The notes beneath the pieces were generated by a model. That model saw nothing but the letters and a program-made list of their open reading frames with translations. It did not search any database and had not been told where the DNA came from. Positions 1 to 13,228 of a stretch of DNA of 64,000 nucleotides are shown piece after piece. Every line of letters starts with the position of its first letter. The first letter of the stretch is position 1. Source of the stretch: Eledone cirrhosa (Eukaryota); the NCBI GenBank assembly GCA_964016885.1, contig OZ024741.1, positions 85,684,001 to 85,748,000 of the forward strand, given 5' to 3'. Both the position numbers and the translations under genes were made by a program.

Positions 1-104
1 GACTTATGTTACAATATTTTTATTACAATACATTATCCGTATACACGTGTCTCTTCCAAGTGATAGGATAAATTAGAAAATATGTTCACAAACATATGCA
101 TACT

Positions 105-272
105 TTTAGGTTAAAAAATTTACTTCGCAGCCAAGTGGTTCTGGGTTTAGTCCCACTGTGCAGCATCTTGAGAAAGTGTCTTCTATTATATTATAAATTC
201 GAGTTTACCAGTTGACCAATATCTTGTGAGTGTAATTTGGTAGACGCAGACTTGCAGAAGCTTGTCGTATAT
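105..272 (+). mobile_element. Degenerate tRNA-derived SINE, 5' part
   Basis: B-box-like gggtttagtccc followed by cttgagaaagtgtcttct...cttgtgagtgtaatttggtagacg body. Confidence 0.55.
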
Positions 273-359
273 GTGTTTAAGAGTGCTGACCAAGGGTGTC
301 TTTGAGAACATGTATGTATGTGTCTATCTAACTAAGTTTGTGTCTGTGACTGCGTTTAT

Positions 360-640
360 ATCGCATAACTTAGCGGTTCGACAAAAAGAACTCAATAAAA
401 TAACTACTTAACTTGAAAAAAAAGTACTCGGATCGACATGACCGTCCAAAAAAACTTTAAGGTGGTACCTCAACATGACAACCGTCTAATGAAAAAAACC
501 AGTAAAAGACTAAATAAATATCAACCTTATATCAAGTACTGGAGAACTCGATATAATTGACTAAAATAACCTTAGCGACATTGCTCATAGCATGACTGCA
601 AGCCCAATGACTGAAACCAGTGAAACTTTACAACGATAAA
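360..640 (+). mobile_element. Degenerate SINE 3' part with duplicated tail
   Basis: aacttagcggttcgacaaaaag...agcatgactgcaagcccaatgactgaaaccagt; tail occurs twice; related copy at 63310-63450 on the minus strand. Confidence 0.5.
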
Positions 641-993
641 AAAATGTATCAGAAACGAAAATAAAACGAAAGTAAAAATATCTGCAAAACATAACAGATA
701 GTTGGATAAGTATAGAATACGTTCACAAACATTACATTAATAATATCATAATATTTTCTAGAACCTTTCATTACATTGAAGAAGTATTCTTTAATATGAT
801 CAGTCGTCTGCCTAAGGTTAGAACAATCAAACATTGCATTTGTTCTTGTCGTCCACCCTCACCACCACCACAACAACTACTACCACCACCACTACAACAA
901 CATCATCCACCCACCACCACCACCACTATCACTTTCCAGCTTAATTCATGTTTCTGATGTAATATACACACAACATTATATTGAAATAAAGAC

Positions 994-995
<2 letters not shown>

Positions 996-1069
<74 letters not shown>

Positions 1070-1112
1070 GTCTTTATCTATATATATATATATATATATA
1101 TACACGTCTTTA

Positions 1113-1166
<54 letters not shown>

Positions 1167-1216
1167 CATACATATCTGTGTGTGTATATATATATATATG
1201 CATATGTTTATATATA

Positions 1217-1251
<35 letters not shown>

Positions 1252-1376
1252 ACATATGCATATAGATGCATATGTATTTATATACATACATATATATATG
1301 TGTGTGTGGGGGTGTATGCATATGAATACACATACATATATATTTCTGTACATATATATATATATATCTATATATG

Positions 1377-1470
<94 letters not shown>

Positions 1471-1531
1471 GCACGTGGTTGTACGTTTGCATTTGATTGC
1501 TTATATGCGTTCGTAAGTTTGTTTGTTAATT

Positions 1532-1592
<61 letters not shown>
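996..1592. repeat. Compound (TA)n/(TG)n microsatellite
   Basis: Direct reading. Confidence 0.95.
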
Positions 1593-1596
<4 letters not shown>

Positions 1597-2862
1597 ATGT
1601 ACGTATATTCTTGCATGTTACCGCATAAGTGTTCGCACGTTCACTTAACCTAGAGCGTAAACAGTTATGTCGCCTGTATCAAAGCCGTCATTTGGATTCT
1701 ACTTACTTCAGGCTATAATTCAGATTCTTCATCCTTTCCTTCCACGGTACAACCAAACTATGTTTAAATATGTGTGTTTACAACTATCGAATTTGCTTAG
1801 ATAAATCAATATGCAATACGCCAGATGACATCTTCAGAAATGGTAACTTTTAGGCTTTCTTTATTGATGTATGCACATCGTGTGCACAAAAAAACACATA
1901 ATATTACACACAGACATATGTGCATACATATACACACATAAAAACCATAGAAGTATTCATAGATACATACGTGGAAACACGCACACACAAAAATATAAAA
2001 CACACACAAGCATACACGTGTATACACACCCACATACTCATACACGCACACAAAAAAAAATCAGACACACATGTGTATATTCATATACACATGTGTGTCT
2101 GATTTATTCATATATATACACACACGCTCATAAACATACATACTGACAAAAAACAAAAGAATTCACTGATACATACGTGTATAACCACACACACACAAAT
2201 GTGCACACTCATACACACACAAATGATACAAAAATGTCACAGACACACAAATGTATATGCACATACACACACTCATACATAAACATATACACACACATTC
2301 ATTCAAAAATATACACATGCACGCATGCGCACATAAACATACACACACACGTACGTGCATACACATGCATACATAAAAAACAGAGAAGCATACTCACTCA
2401 CACAAACAATACAAAACACTCACAAGCACTCCCATGTATACATACACACTCATACATAAACATAAACTCATAAAAACATACACGAACGTGCACACACAAA
2501 AGAATCTACATAATAAAATTCACAGACACACGCACGCGCACTTCCATCAACGATACTCCAACCTCACACACGCAGAAGTAATAATGCACACCCATGAAAT
2601 GCACTCAATCTGCACACACATAACAACACTCATGACACACCTGGATTTCCATTTTGGACCCCACTCCCGAATGCTGAACTACTCGTTTACCACCCCTAGC
2701 CTTCTTAAAACTGTTTTCAAACTCTGATGCTCTAACCTCTTCACTCTCTTTTCGAACTTTCCATTCCCTGAAGAAGGACTCTTCTATCTACATCTTCCTA
2801 AGCGTGATACTAATAAGACTTTATGTTTTAGCATTTCCGTTTGTCTTGACATTTCTTGAACT

Positions 2863-2919
<57 letters not shown>

Positions 2920-3339
2920 AAAATACTGCAGGTCGCACATGGTAACATATATATATATATATTTACTAAAACAGAGAATGTCTGTTTGTCTGTATGTCTG
3001 TACAATCACTAAAACTCGAGAACCACCCAACCGATTGTTTTCAAACTTTACACATGTAATACTTATGGTCCTGTTGAGTGTTCTAAGCAAAACAAATTTC
3101 AAATTTTGAATGCCCTAGGGACCGCATTAGGCGATTTAGCGATCTTTTTCTCTCTCTGTTAGTCTTTCTCTTTTTAGATAGATACATAAATATTACGTTG
3201 CGCCCTTATAATTGTTTCTACTTTAGGCACAAGGCCAGCAATTACCCAGTGCGCCCTTATAATATCTGTCTATATGCCTGGCTGTCTGCATTACGTCATT
3301 ATGACGCGGTGTGTGTATGTGTGTGTATATGTATATATA

Positions 3340-3401
<62 letters not shown>

Positions 3402-3450
3402 TGTGTGTGTAACGAAATATTTACTTCTGCGTTCACAGATTTATTATTTT

Positions 3451-3501
3451 AATTTCAGACGATCCTGTTAAGGGTGAAAGCAGCGATTCTTCGCTTAAAC
3501 T
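3451..3501 (+). ncRNA. Hammerhead-like motif, variant core CAGACGA
   Basis: aattt-CAGACGA-tcct gttaa gggt-GAAA-gca...cgc-TT-aaact; family copies at 6808 and 23206. Confidence 0.5.
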
Positions 3502-3643
3502 TTAATCTGTTATTTTAATATATATATATATATATCCTTGTCACCACCCTCCCCTCCCACATCTCCGACACCAACCACGCCCTGCGCCTTTTCGACTCCT
3601 TCACCTACCCACCCGGCCCACAGCCCTTGGTACGGGGGTAGCC

Positions 3644-4120
3644 ATGGGTACAAGAATGGGCCCAAACTATGCCAACCTTTTAGTTGGCCATGTTGAGGCC
3701 CAAATCTTTGGCCAGTACACCGGCCCCACGCCCGAACTGTACGGTCGTTACATCGACGACTGTATCGGAGCCACGACCCTCACCCGAGAACAGCTCGACT
3801 CCTTTCTCTCCTTCTTCTGCTCCTTCCACCCCTCCCTCCACTTTACCACCTCTATTTCCACCACCCACGTCCACTTCTTAGACATCTCCGTCGCCTTCGA
3901 CCCCTCCCACCACTCCCTCGACACCTCCGCTTTCTTCAAACCCACCGACTCCCACTCCTACCTCGACTTCACCTCTTCCCACCACACACACACTAAACAC
4001 TCTATTCCCTACTCCCAACTCCTCAGGATCCGCCGCCTCTGTAGCCGAGATGCTGACTTTGAGTCCCAGGCCCTTGCCCTAGTCAGCCATTTCATCCGCA
4101 GAGGTTACCCCCCTCTCTCG
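3644..4120 (+). pseudogene. PLE reverse transcriptase (palm/thumb fragment)
   Basis: GVAMGTRMGPNYANL, RYIDD, FLDISV, KPTDSHSYL, SIPYSQLLRIRRLCS, RGYP. Confidence 0.9.
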
Positions 4121-4249
4121 TCCACACCGCTCCACCACCCTTACCCCACGCCACCTCACACCCACCCACCGTCTCCCCTTCCCGATCACCTACCACCCCT
4201 CCACCATACCCCTCCACCGCACCATCCTCCGCCTCTTCCGACGCCTCCA

Positions 4250-4781
4250 GTCCGACCCCTCCACCTCCCACATCTTCCCAGCCCCACCACTCCCCTCCTT
4301 CAAACGCGCACGCAATCTCCGCACCCTCCTCGTCCACAGCTCCCTACCCTCCAACCTCCCCCCCGGTTCCCTTCCCTGTTCCAGGCCCCGCTGCAACACC
4401 TGTCCCCACATCACCAACACCACCACCTTCCAGGGTCCCAACGGCCACTCTCTCTCTGTCCGGCATGCCTTCCGCTGCCCCTCCTCCAACCTAGTCTACG
4501 GACTGCAGTCTACGGAGTGCAGCGCGACCTATGTCGGACAGACTGGACGTCGCCTGGCGGACAGGTTTACTGAAGACCTCCGAGATATTCGTCTCGGTGG
4601 TAGTTCCCCCATCGCCCGCCACTTTGGTGCCCCTGGACATTCCGCACACCACCTCACATTCTGTGGCCTACTCCAATGCCACGGAACACCCGCCACTCTC
4701 CTCAGGGTCGAACAATGAACCATCTTCACCCTACAGACCCACACTCCCCCCGGCCTGAACTCCCCACCCTTATTCCTTTAG
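4250..4781 (+). pseudogene. PLE GIY-YIG endonuclease, frameshifted, with premature stop
   Basis: CSRPRCNTC, SSNLVYG, TYVGQTGRRLADRF, PPGLN; compare the open copy at 55013-55560. Confidence 0.85.
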
Positions 4782-6325
4782 CCTTCGACCGCCTCCCTCC
4801 CCCACACATATCCCCCACTAACACCACTAACACACCCCTCCTTTTCACCGCCCACCCCGCAACTAACAATACTAACACCTCCACCCCACACCCGATCACC
4901 CTTCCCCAACTAACATACTAACATCCCTCCCTTCTTATCCACCCCCCTCCTTATCACACGCACACACCCACCGGTTCATATATACACGCGCTCACACTAA
5001 ACACACACCCTACTACCACCACTAACCCTCACCCCCACACATCCACCCCATCACCCCGCAACTAACATCACTAACACCCCCCGACCCCAAGCACACGAAC
5101 ACACACATCCATTTACACCACCCACTCTACACGCAACTAACATCACTAAAACCCCCCAACCCTACGCACACGAACACACACACCCTCTTACACCACCTAC
5201 TCTACACACCCTACCACCACTGACCCCCACTCACAGCCGCATTCAACCCTTTCCCCACCTCCAGTATACTAACACCCACTAACACCCCCTTCATCAAACT
5301 ACACACACACACTCGTCCAAACACGCACACACACACCAGTACACTGCACTCCCTCCACCGGCCCCCACACCCTTCTCTCCCCGCTCCACCCACACCCTTT
5401 CTCACACACACACACATCCCACTAACACCTCTACTAATACACACACACACCCTCCTCACTCCAACTTTCACACCTACCCACCCTCTCTCCTGTCCACCGC
5501 ACCTCCGCACACACTGACACACCGACTTTCTTCACTTACCATTCTACCCGACTGCTGCTATGCCCTTATCTCTGACCACCTCCCCGCACACACAGACACA
5601 CAACCCTCCTCCTGCCTTGACCCTCTGACCACTTCCTGTTGCGCGCGCACCCCACGTCTCCTCTCTTCCGACCAATCTCTTCACGGATTACACATATGTG
5701 AACATCGATCCCTAGAATCCACCACATCCCAAGTATATTACTCAGCATTCCACCACATCCTCTACGGAACTACCTTAAGGACTCACCCACTGACATACAC
5801 TCAAAAAAAAAATTTTCCCCACACGCCACCTACATCCACAACACGCATAAACACCACACACACACGTGCGTACCACCACATATTTACACACTGAGCCTCC
5901 GGAATCCTCTCCCCCACCCCTCTGACCCCTCCCCATCCACACACGCACACACACTCCGACCTACACCCCACCCCACACACACCTCTTCCTGAACATGCAA
6001 CTCCGTTCTTCCCCCAACTCTTACTTTCACATACACACACACACACACACACACACGTACACCTACACACACACACACACACGTACACCTACACACACAC
6101 ACCACCTTCAGCCCTCCCCGCTCGGACACCCCGCCTCCCTCTCCCCACTCCACCCGCTACCACCCCTACACGCCCCACACCCTTCCATCACCTGTTTTAC
6201 TTCATGTTTATTTTTATCATGCTTTTATATTTAATTTCATTTGTACCGTTTCATCTCACCCCCTTTTTTCTATATGTCTCTCCACCACTCCCCTACACAC
6301 CCTTGGAAATCTCTTCCCACACACT

Positions 6326-6395
6326 TTTCACCTGAAGAAGGGCTTATGCCCGAAACGTCGTTCCCCACCACCACCCCACACTCAAGAGCGTGAAA
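6326..6395 (+). ncRNA. Hammerhead ribozyme-like core in PLE 3' end
   Basis: tttcac-CTGAAGA-a-gggc ttat gccc-GAAAC...gtgaaa; stem III and NUH site atypical. Confidence 0.6.
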
Positions 6396-6447
6396 CTAAT
6401 AAACCTTTGTTCGTACTGCCTCTTTGTTTTGTTCCCGTTCAATTTTT

Positions 6448-6492
<45 letters not shown>

Positions 6493-6789
6493 TTCGTGTA
6501 CAGATATGTTTGCATACACATATAAACAAAAGTATTTATTTCGCGATAAAGTATTCATTTTCTTCGAACGGAAAAAAACCTGGTAATGTAAGACGAACTT
6601 TTTTTATAAGCACAAAATGTAGACCCCAACCCGAGGCCGAGGTATTCCGTACTTCTCTGTACTGTTATTTATATATTCGTGTACAGATATTTTTGCATAC
6701 ACAATAACAAAAACAAACGTACTTACTTCACGAGGCTCGAGAAGGATAAATATATATCAAAGCAATGCCGAGCCATTCTGCTAGTATAT

Positions 6790-7110
6790 ATTAAAATAAC
6801 AGATTAAAGTTTAAGCAAAAAATCGCTGCTATCACCCTTAACGGGATCTTCTGAAACTAAAAAAAATCAATCTGTGAACGCAGAAATAAATATTTCGAAA
6901 AACATTGCAATCGAAGTAAAACAGGAAGACGATACTTTGGTTCGATACTTTGGTTCGATACCCTGGCAATGAACGGAAAAAGCGAAGATAATACGTCGAT
7001 ATGTGGAGCTATGAAAACAAATATACGCAAAGACAAAATCATGTTTATGGTGTAAATGGAGTCATTAGACTAAAATTCTATTTCGGAAACACAATGATTC
7101 TCGGCTTCGG
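6790..7110 (-). mobile_element. PLE-type terminal repeat fragment with degenerate HHR (6808-6858)
   Basis: Its 6790-6900 end is the reverse complement of the 3413-3520 family; core CAGAAGA, GAAA mutated to GATA. Confidence 0.5.
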
Positions 7111-7782
7111 AGTTAATAATAATGTAAATAAATTAGCAGAACGAAAATGACAGAGGTTATTAAAATCATAAAAGTAACAATAATTAAATATGTACATACA
7201 TACATACATCTATATACGTACATACACGTGCATACGCGAAAACACCCGCCATGCATGCATATACATGCACGTACACATAAACACGCGCACACGTACATAA
7301 ACACGCGCGACACGTGTACCCGCACACATACGAACGTATACACCAAATACACATAAAAAAATATATGTGTGTGCGTGTGTATATATATAATTATATAAAC
7401 GTATATAAATAACACACATAATACGTATATAATGCACACACACACACACACATACCTACAGGTAAATACACATATGTTTACCAAACGTACGTATACCAAA
7501 ACTCAATGTACACATATACACACCTTATATACGTGCAAACACGCATACACGCATACACACACAAAAACAAAATACACATATACACATAACCATATACACA
7601 TAACCATATACACATATACCAGTATATATAATATATACACCTATAACAAATACAAGCGTATATACGTACCTCCACAAAACATACGGGTAAGGTATACTTA
7701 CCTATACAAATAAGTAATGATATAAACATAAAATATACTTAGCTACCACATCAAGACGTAAATTATCCACCTATTGTTCGTA

Positions 7783-8033
7783 CTATCCGTTAGGGTATAA
7801 TGTGGGGCTGTAATACAGGAAAGTTTTATGCAATTTATGTTTACAAGCCGAAATTGCCACAGATTTTTTGTTTAAGATGTGATCATTGGCGTAGAGTATT
7901 TCCAGGGCTTCAGCGGCGCAAAGATTGCATGGTCTTTTATTTCCGTTATACGATCTAGTTTTAGCTAGGATCTCCCAGTGTAACCTATATTGAGTGTGGT
8001 TGTCTTTTAGACTCCAGATATAAGCTGAACGTG
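7783..8033 (-). pseudogene. PLE (Naiad-like) GIY-YIG C-terminal fragment
   Basis: SAYIWSLKD...WEILAK...YNGNKRPCNLC...LNKKS...SACKH. Confidence 0.75.
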
Positions 8034-8050
8034 ACGTCATATACTATATT

Positions 8051-8180
<130 letters not shown>

Positions 8181-8290
8181 CGTACGTGTGTGTGTGTGTA
8201 TGTGAGTGTGTATGTATGTATATATATTATTCATAAATGCATTTATGTAACCTGCCCCGTGAGAGCGAGAAATAAAATTCTAATTTTGTT

Positions 8291-8325
<35 letters not shown>

Positions 8326-8397
8326 AAACAAAATTAGAATTTTATTTCTCGCTCTCACGAATTTTATTTCTCGCTCTTACGAATTTTATAAAGAATA

Positions 8398-8735
8398 TTA
8401 TTATTATTATTATTGGAGTCTCAGTCATTGATGTTATTTAACTGGAAAGTTCAAATGAACATCAAGCCGCTACCTGCAGCCTCAGATATTCATGACGTAT
8501 CGCAGGGTTCTTGCTTTTCCCAGCAAGCATGCCTTTTGAAGTGTTCCAAAAAAGGGGCTGGACTAATGTTCTTTAACCATCCTTGAAAACTCTTTGAGAT
8601 AGTACCTAGTGCTCCTATGACAATCGGAACGATCTTGATCTCATGACAGTCCCAAATCCTTTTTAACTCCCACTTTAAATCCTGGTATCGGTTAATTTTC
8701 TCCTTCTCCTTTTCTTGCACTTTTGTGTCAAAGGG
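8398..8735 (-). mobile_element. R4/Dong-like LINE 3' end (REL endonuclease C-terminus plus (TAA)n tail)
   Basis: KEKEKINRYQDLKWELKRIW...VPIVIGALGT; second tail fragment at 9128-9227. Confidence 0.8.
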
Positions 8736-8737
8736 CA

Positions 8738-9138
8738 GGGGTGGATTGGCAGTATCGGTAGAGGTTTGGACACCATGCTTTGCAGCATAGAATTATGGCC
8801 CTTTATGATCTAAGTTCAAATCCCGCCGAGGTTAACTTTGACTTTTATCCTTACGGGGTCGATAAAATAAAGCACCAGTAAAACACTGGGGTAATTGCTG
8901 GTCTTGTGCCAAAAGTAGAAACAATTATTATTATTATCATTATTATTATTGGCAGTATCGGTAGAGGGTCGGACGCCATTCTTTGACGTATAGAGTTACG
9001 GCCCTTGCCATTCTGAGTTCAAATCCCGCCGAGGTTAACTTTGCCTTTCATCCTTACGGGGTCGATAAAATAAAGTACCAGTAATGCACTGGGTAATTGC
9101 TGGCCTTGTTCCAAACGTAGAAACAATTATTATTATTA
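8738..9138 (+). mobile_element. Two tandem tRNA-derived SINEs (family A)
   Basis: A box tggcagtatcgg, B box gttcaaatcc, core gcctttcatccttacggggtcgataaaataaagtacc, (ATT)n tails; units about 8738-8949 and 8950-9138. Confidence 0.85.
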
Positions 9139-9227
9139 TTGTTCTTTGAGTCTCAGTCATTGATGTTATTTAACTGGAACGTTTGTTGGAATGAATATCA
9201 AACCACTACCTGCAGCCTCAGACATTT

Positions 9228-9812
9228 AGGGCGTATCGTGGACCTGATATCATCGCTCTACACCAACACCAGAGCCCAAGTAAAAGAAGAGCAAAACCTG
9301 GGCGGCGTGCCACAGTTTGAGATTGCTGTAGAAGTTGGGCCTTCGTAAAGACCTGAAGATCCGTCTCTTCGTTGCTACAGTGTAGACTGTGCTACTGTAC
9401 GGGTCTGAGACTTGGACACTGACCAAGAAACTCTTTCAGATGGTGGATGGGTGCTACACGAGAATGCTGAGGATGGCTCTGAACATTAATCAGTATACAC
9501 TGAGGAGGAAGAACTCAGAGCTGTACGGGAACCTCCCAAGAGTCAGCTCGAAAGTAACACAGAGAAGATTGAGGTTAGCTGGACATGCTCACCGACATTC
9601 GGAGTTGACACTGCACTCAGTGCTCCTGTGGGAGCCCCTACATGGACACATTAGAAGAGGGAGACCGAGGTTGACATATATTGATGCCCTAAGGACAGAC
9701 ACTGGTCTCTGGGAGACGCATGATATGGCGGCGATGATGAAGGACAGAGAAAAGTGGAGAGAAATCGTCCATGGATCTTGGGAATTTTACCCGCCTTAGA
9801 TAGATAGATATA
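9228..9812 (+). mobile_element. RTE-like LINE 3' fragment, internally deleted, (TAGA)n tail
   Basis: LLYGSETWTLT...RRLRLAGH...RGRPRLTY (ORF 9389-9799). Confidence 0.85.
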
Positions 9813-10259
9813 TAAGTTGTTATGTATTTGATTAATTGTACACACATGTGTCACGCCCACATACATACAGAGATACAAATATGTCTGTATTCACATTCAT
9901 TTGTATTTTAAATGCCCCTGTGACAAAGCGTTTAATCGATATTCCTTTATACGTAGTTGGAAGTTTGCTTTAATTTTATAAACATGTACATATATACATG
10001 ATCTGGCTGTGCAAACATATGCTTAAATGTGTGTGTGCATGTGTATGTGTATGTTTTACAGTAATATTTCTAGATTTAGCACAAGATCAAAAATTCATAA
10101 ACGATGGATTGGTCGACACAATAGACAAACAAATATTTGTGGTATTTATGTTTACCGTCACTTTGGAATTTAAAAGCAACTTTACCTGCAGTTATATTTG
10201 AAAAGGTGATGCTTTCTAGAGATGAGTAGTTACAACAGAAAAATACATCATGTACACAC

Positions 10260-10700
10260 ACAGACCCCAGCACATGCACCAAATTGCCATTACCGAAACC
10301 CTATCAGTTATCCCCTGAGAGATCCTGTCTCTCAATGATTGTAGTCTATAGAAATGTCCTCGAAACACCAGATGATTGCAGAGGAATTATTTGGGCCAAA
10401 CAGCCAATGAGTTCAAGCGTAGATTTTCCCACCATACGAACTCGTTTAGGTGCAGGAACAGGGAAAATTCCACCTCACTTTCCTGTTTCATTTGGACACT
10501 GCGTGACGCAGGGAACAACATCCCCAGCATTAAACGGAGTATCTTGGACAGGACACACCTCCATATCACTCCGATTGATGCAACTGCCAACTTTGCCTCC
10601 ACGTGAAATGGTACATATTGCAATAACCTGCGATATACAATAACTAGTGAAACGACTTGACGTCTTGCTATCATCAGAGAAATGCCATGTTAGCCAATTT
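10260..10700 (+). pseudogene. PLE (Naiad-like) GIY-YIG fragment, frameshifted
   Basis: SCLSMIVVY...YLGQTANEFKRRFSHHTNSFR...TSLSCFIWTLRD. Confidence 0.7.
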
Positions 10701-10921
10701 CAAACCTCAGATGTCTTAATATCCCATCGAACTGCAATGTATACCATAGGAACACCTGCATGTCTCCTATACCAACTTCAGACCCACCAAAAAGACGACA
10801 TCAAATACACTACATCAAGGTTTCCCCAACTTTTTCAAACGCGGAACCCATTTTGGTTCAGAAACTTTTGGCGTGCGTGTGTATGTGTGTGTGTGTGAGT
10901 GTGCGTGCGTGTGTGTGCGTG

Positions 10922-11030
<109 letters not shown>

Positions 11031-11082
11031 ATATATATATTTGTACGTACGTACATACATACAAACAAACATATATACATAC

Positions 11083-11575
11083 ATGATGGCTGCAGACTCT
11101 GCTAAGAGTATTGCAATCGCTTGTAGCAGATCTTGAACAAGCAATGCCTGTGCTTTGAAGATTTTTTAAGTGGGGAAAGGCATTGAACTCGACCAATCCC
11201 ACTCTCTGAGCATCAAAAAGACTACCCGAAAAGGAGAACTGGTTAACATCATCGGATGCTTCCGAAGCCGCATACATACATACATACATACATACATACA
11301 TACATACATACATACATACATACATACATACATACATACATACATACATACATACATGAGGATGGTTACCTCCTCGTTATCGAGTATGGCCATTGCACGA
11401 TAAACCATTATTAATAATTATTAATTAATTCTATCGTGCAATGCCTGTGCATGAAGATATTGTTTAAAGTGAGGAAAGACTGTGCACTGAACCAATCCCA
11501 TGTTCTGAGCGACAGTAGCTATAACCTGAAAATAAGAAAAGATCAACATCATCGGTAATTACTTAGCCGCAGGTT
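11083..11575. repeat. Two diverged copies of an unclassified repeat separated by (CATA)n
   Basis: gcaatgcctgtgc...accaatccca...ctgagc...aacatcatcgg at about 11141-11270 and 11438-11570. Confidence 0.55.
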
Positions 11576-11774
11576 TTATATCGGAATTATCACAGTTTCC
11601 TGAGTTGCCTTCTCCTAGAAGAATGCCCTGACAAATGCTAGGGGTCCTTCATTCCCAGTGGTTTAACCGCGCGATCGGGTTGATACTATGGAGGAAATTT
11701 GTCCTAAGCCGACTGGACTACCGCTCCCAACTGTGGTCATCCCATAGTATCAAACTAACAACGGAGCTTGAAGC

Positions 11775-12300
11775 AATCCAACTAAAAGGTATGCCACGAT
11801 GAAGGAGATGAGCTACTGGGAGAGTTTAATGAACTGAAACTCTATTCTTTGAAACGAAGACCGGAGAGATACGCAGTGATATACATATGGAAAATCCTGG
11901 AGGGAATAGCACCAAACTTTGGCATTGAGAGCTAGACCAACCCCCGAACAGGACATCACTGTGTGGTGCCTTTCACATCTAGAATAAGGGGCAGAAGGAG
12001 CAGATATTGCAATAACCCGGTGTTCAAAGACCCTCAACTCTTCAACAAGCTGCCAAAAGATTTGATAGATCTGCATGGTGTTGACGTGGATGATTTCAAG
12101 AAACATCTCGACACTCTGCTATCCAGGATCCCGGATAGGCCCACAGCATGGTACGAAGGTAACCTAAGGGCAGCAGCAACGAACTCCCTCTTACACCAAT
12201 GGCCAGCCAACACAGGCTGGAGATAGAACGTCTGGTAACAAGGGCGGAGCCTCAGCATGGCCTCAACCGGATGGCTGGAACAGGTAAAAGAGTAAAAGAG
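11775..12300 (+). mobile_element. CR1/L2-group LINE 3' end with (GTAAAAGA) tail
   Basis: LKLYSLKRR.ERY..IYIWKILEGIAPN; QLFNKLPK...FKKHLDTLLSRIPDRP...AAATNSL. Confidence 0.8.
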
Positions 12301-12740
12301 AATATATATATGGGCTTAATCTCACTTTTTAATCTTAATCTTAACTTTATATTCTACCCTGAAACTTTATTGTGACTATCAATAATACACTTAACCTTTT
12401 CATAAACGCCTCCTTCTGTACATTCTTTAACTAAATCTCCCAACTTTAAACATAAATCTTACTTTTCTAATTTTATCTTAAATGACATCTTTTAATTCTA
12501 AACATAAATTTTAATCGTAATTTCTGACCCTACAATAAAAAAAATATACTGTATATAGTTTTGTTAAAGATATATGTTTATTTTAAAAATATATTTCTTA
12601 ACACCTTTTAGCACTTCTGACCAAATTCTATGTAACCTGATCCCACTACTAGCCTCTGTCCATGACGGGGTGGTAGTAGTACACTATAAGCTTACGCCCC
12701 TTCACCAGAAAGACATAAGAAGACTTAGTAGTCCTTACTT

Positions 12741-13100
12741 GAGGGCGGCCAACCGGACTGGAAACTGCTAAATGTTTGGCCGCCCTCTCGTCTCTCGGCC
12801 TTTTCAGCCCCTTGGATTATGTCTATTATATTCCTTTATTAAATTTCGAATACCTGAAGATGTCACCGGATTCATACTGAACCCGGTCATTGAAATGTTC
12901 ATAGTATAATAAACTTTTAAGGAATTACACCAGTCCAGCCTCCTGTTATTTTATAATAATTAACTCCTTACTCGCACCACCAACAACACAAACGAAGACG
13001 GGTGAGTTGCATTACGTCGAGTGCTCTCCCTAATATTACATCAAGGTTGACTATACGGAATGACCAGTTCTATCCAGTGGTGAACCAACAAACCTAAATG
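12741..13100 (+). mobile_element. Non-coding PLE-type terminal repeat
   Basis: Highly similar to 41998-42356; contains HHR; ends in (TA)n. Confidence 0.7.
12850..12907 (+). ncRNA. Minimal type I hammerhead ribozyme
   Basis: atac-CTGAAGA-tgtcaccggattcatactgaacccggtcatt-GAAA-tgttca-TA-gtat. Confidence 0.7.
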
Positions 13101-13146
13101 AATATATATATATATATATATATCCTGTTACTTTTCTGACACACCT

Positions 13147-13226
<80 letters not shown>

Positions 13227-13228
<2 letters not shown>

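Larger units (their letters stand above)
3537..6450 (+). mobile_element. Penelope-like retroelement (Neptune-like), 5'-truncated and internally deleted, flanked by (TA)n
   Basis: RT plus GIY-YIG coding remnants, long C-rich 3' region, terminal HHR core; second copy at 55013-57075. Confidence 0.9.

Noticed and set aside
2760-2820. CTGAAGA motif resembling a PLE tail
   Set aside because: No stem II-GAAA follows; at most a decayed remnant
8738-8830. tRNA genes
   Set aside because: A/B boxes belong to multi-copy SINE heads; no full cloverleaf
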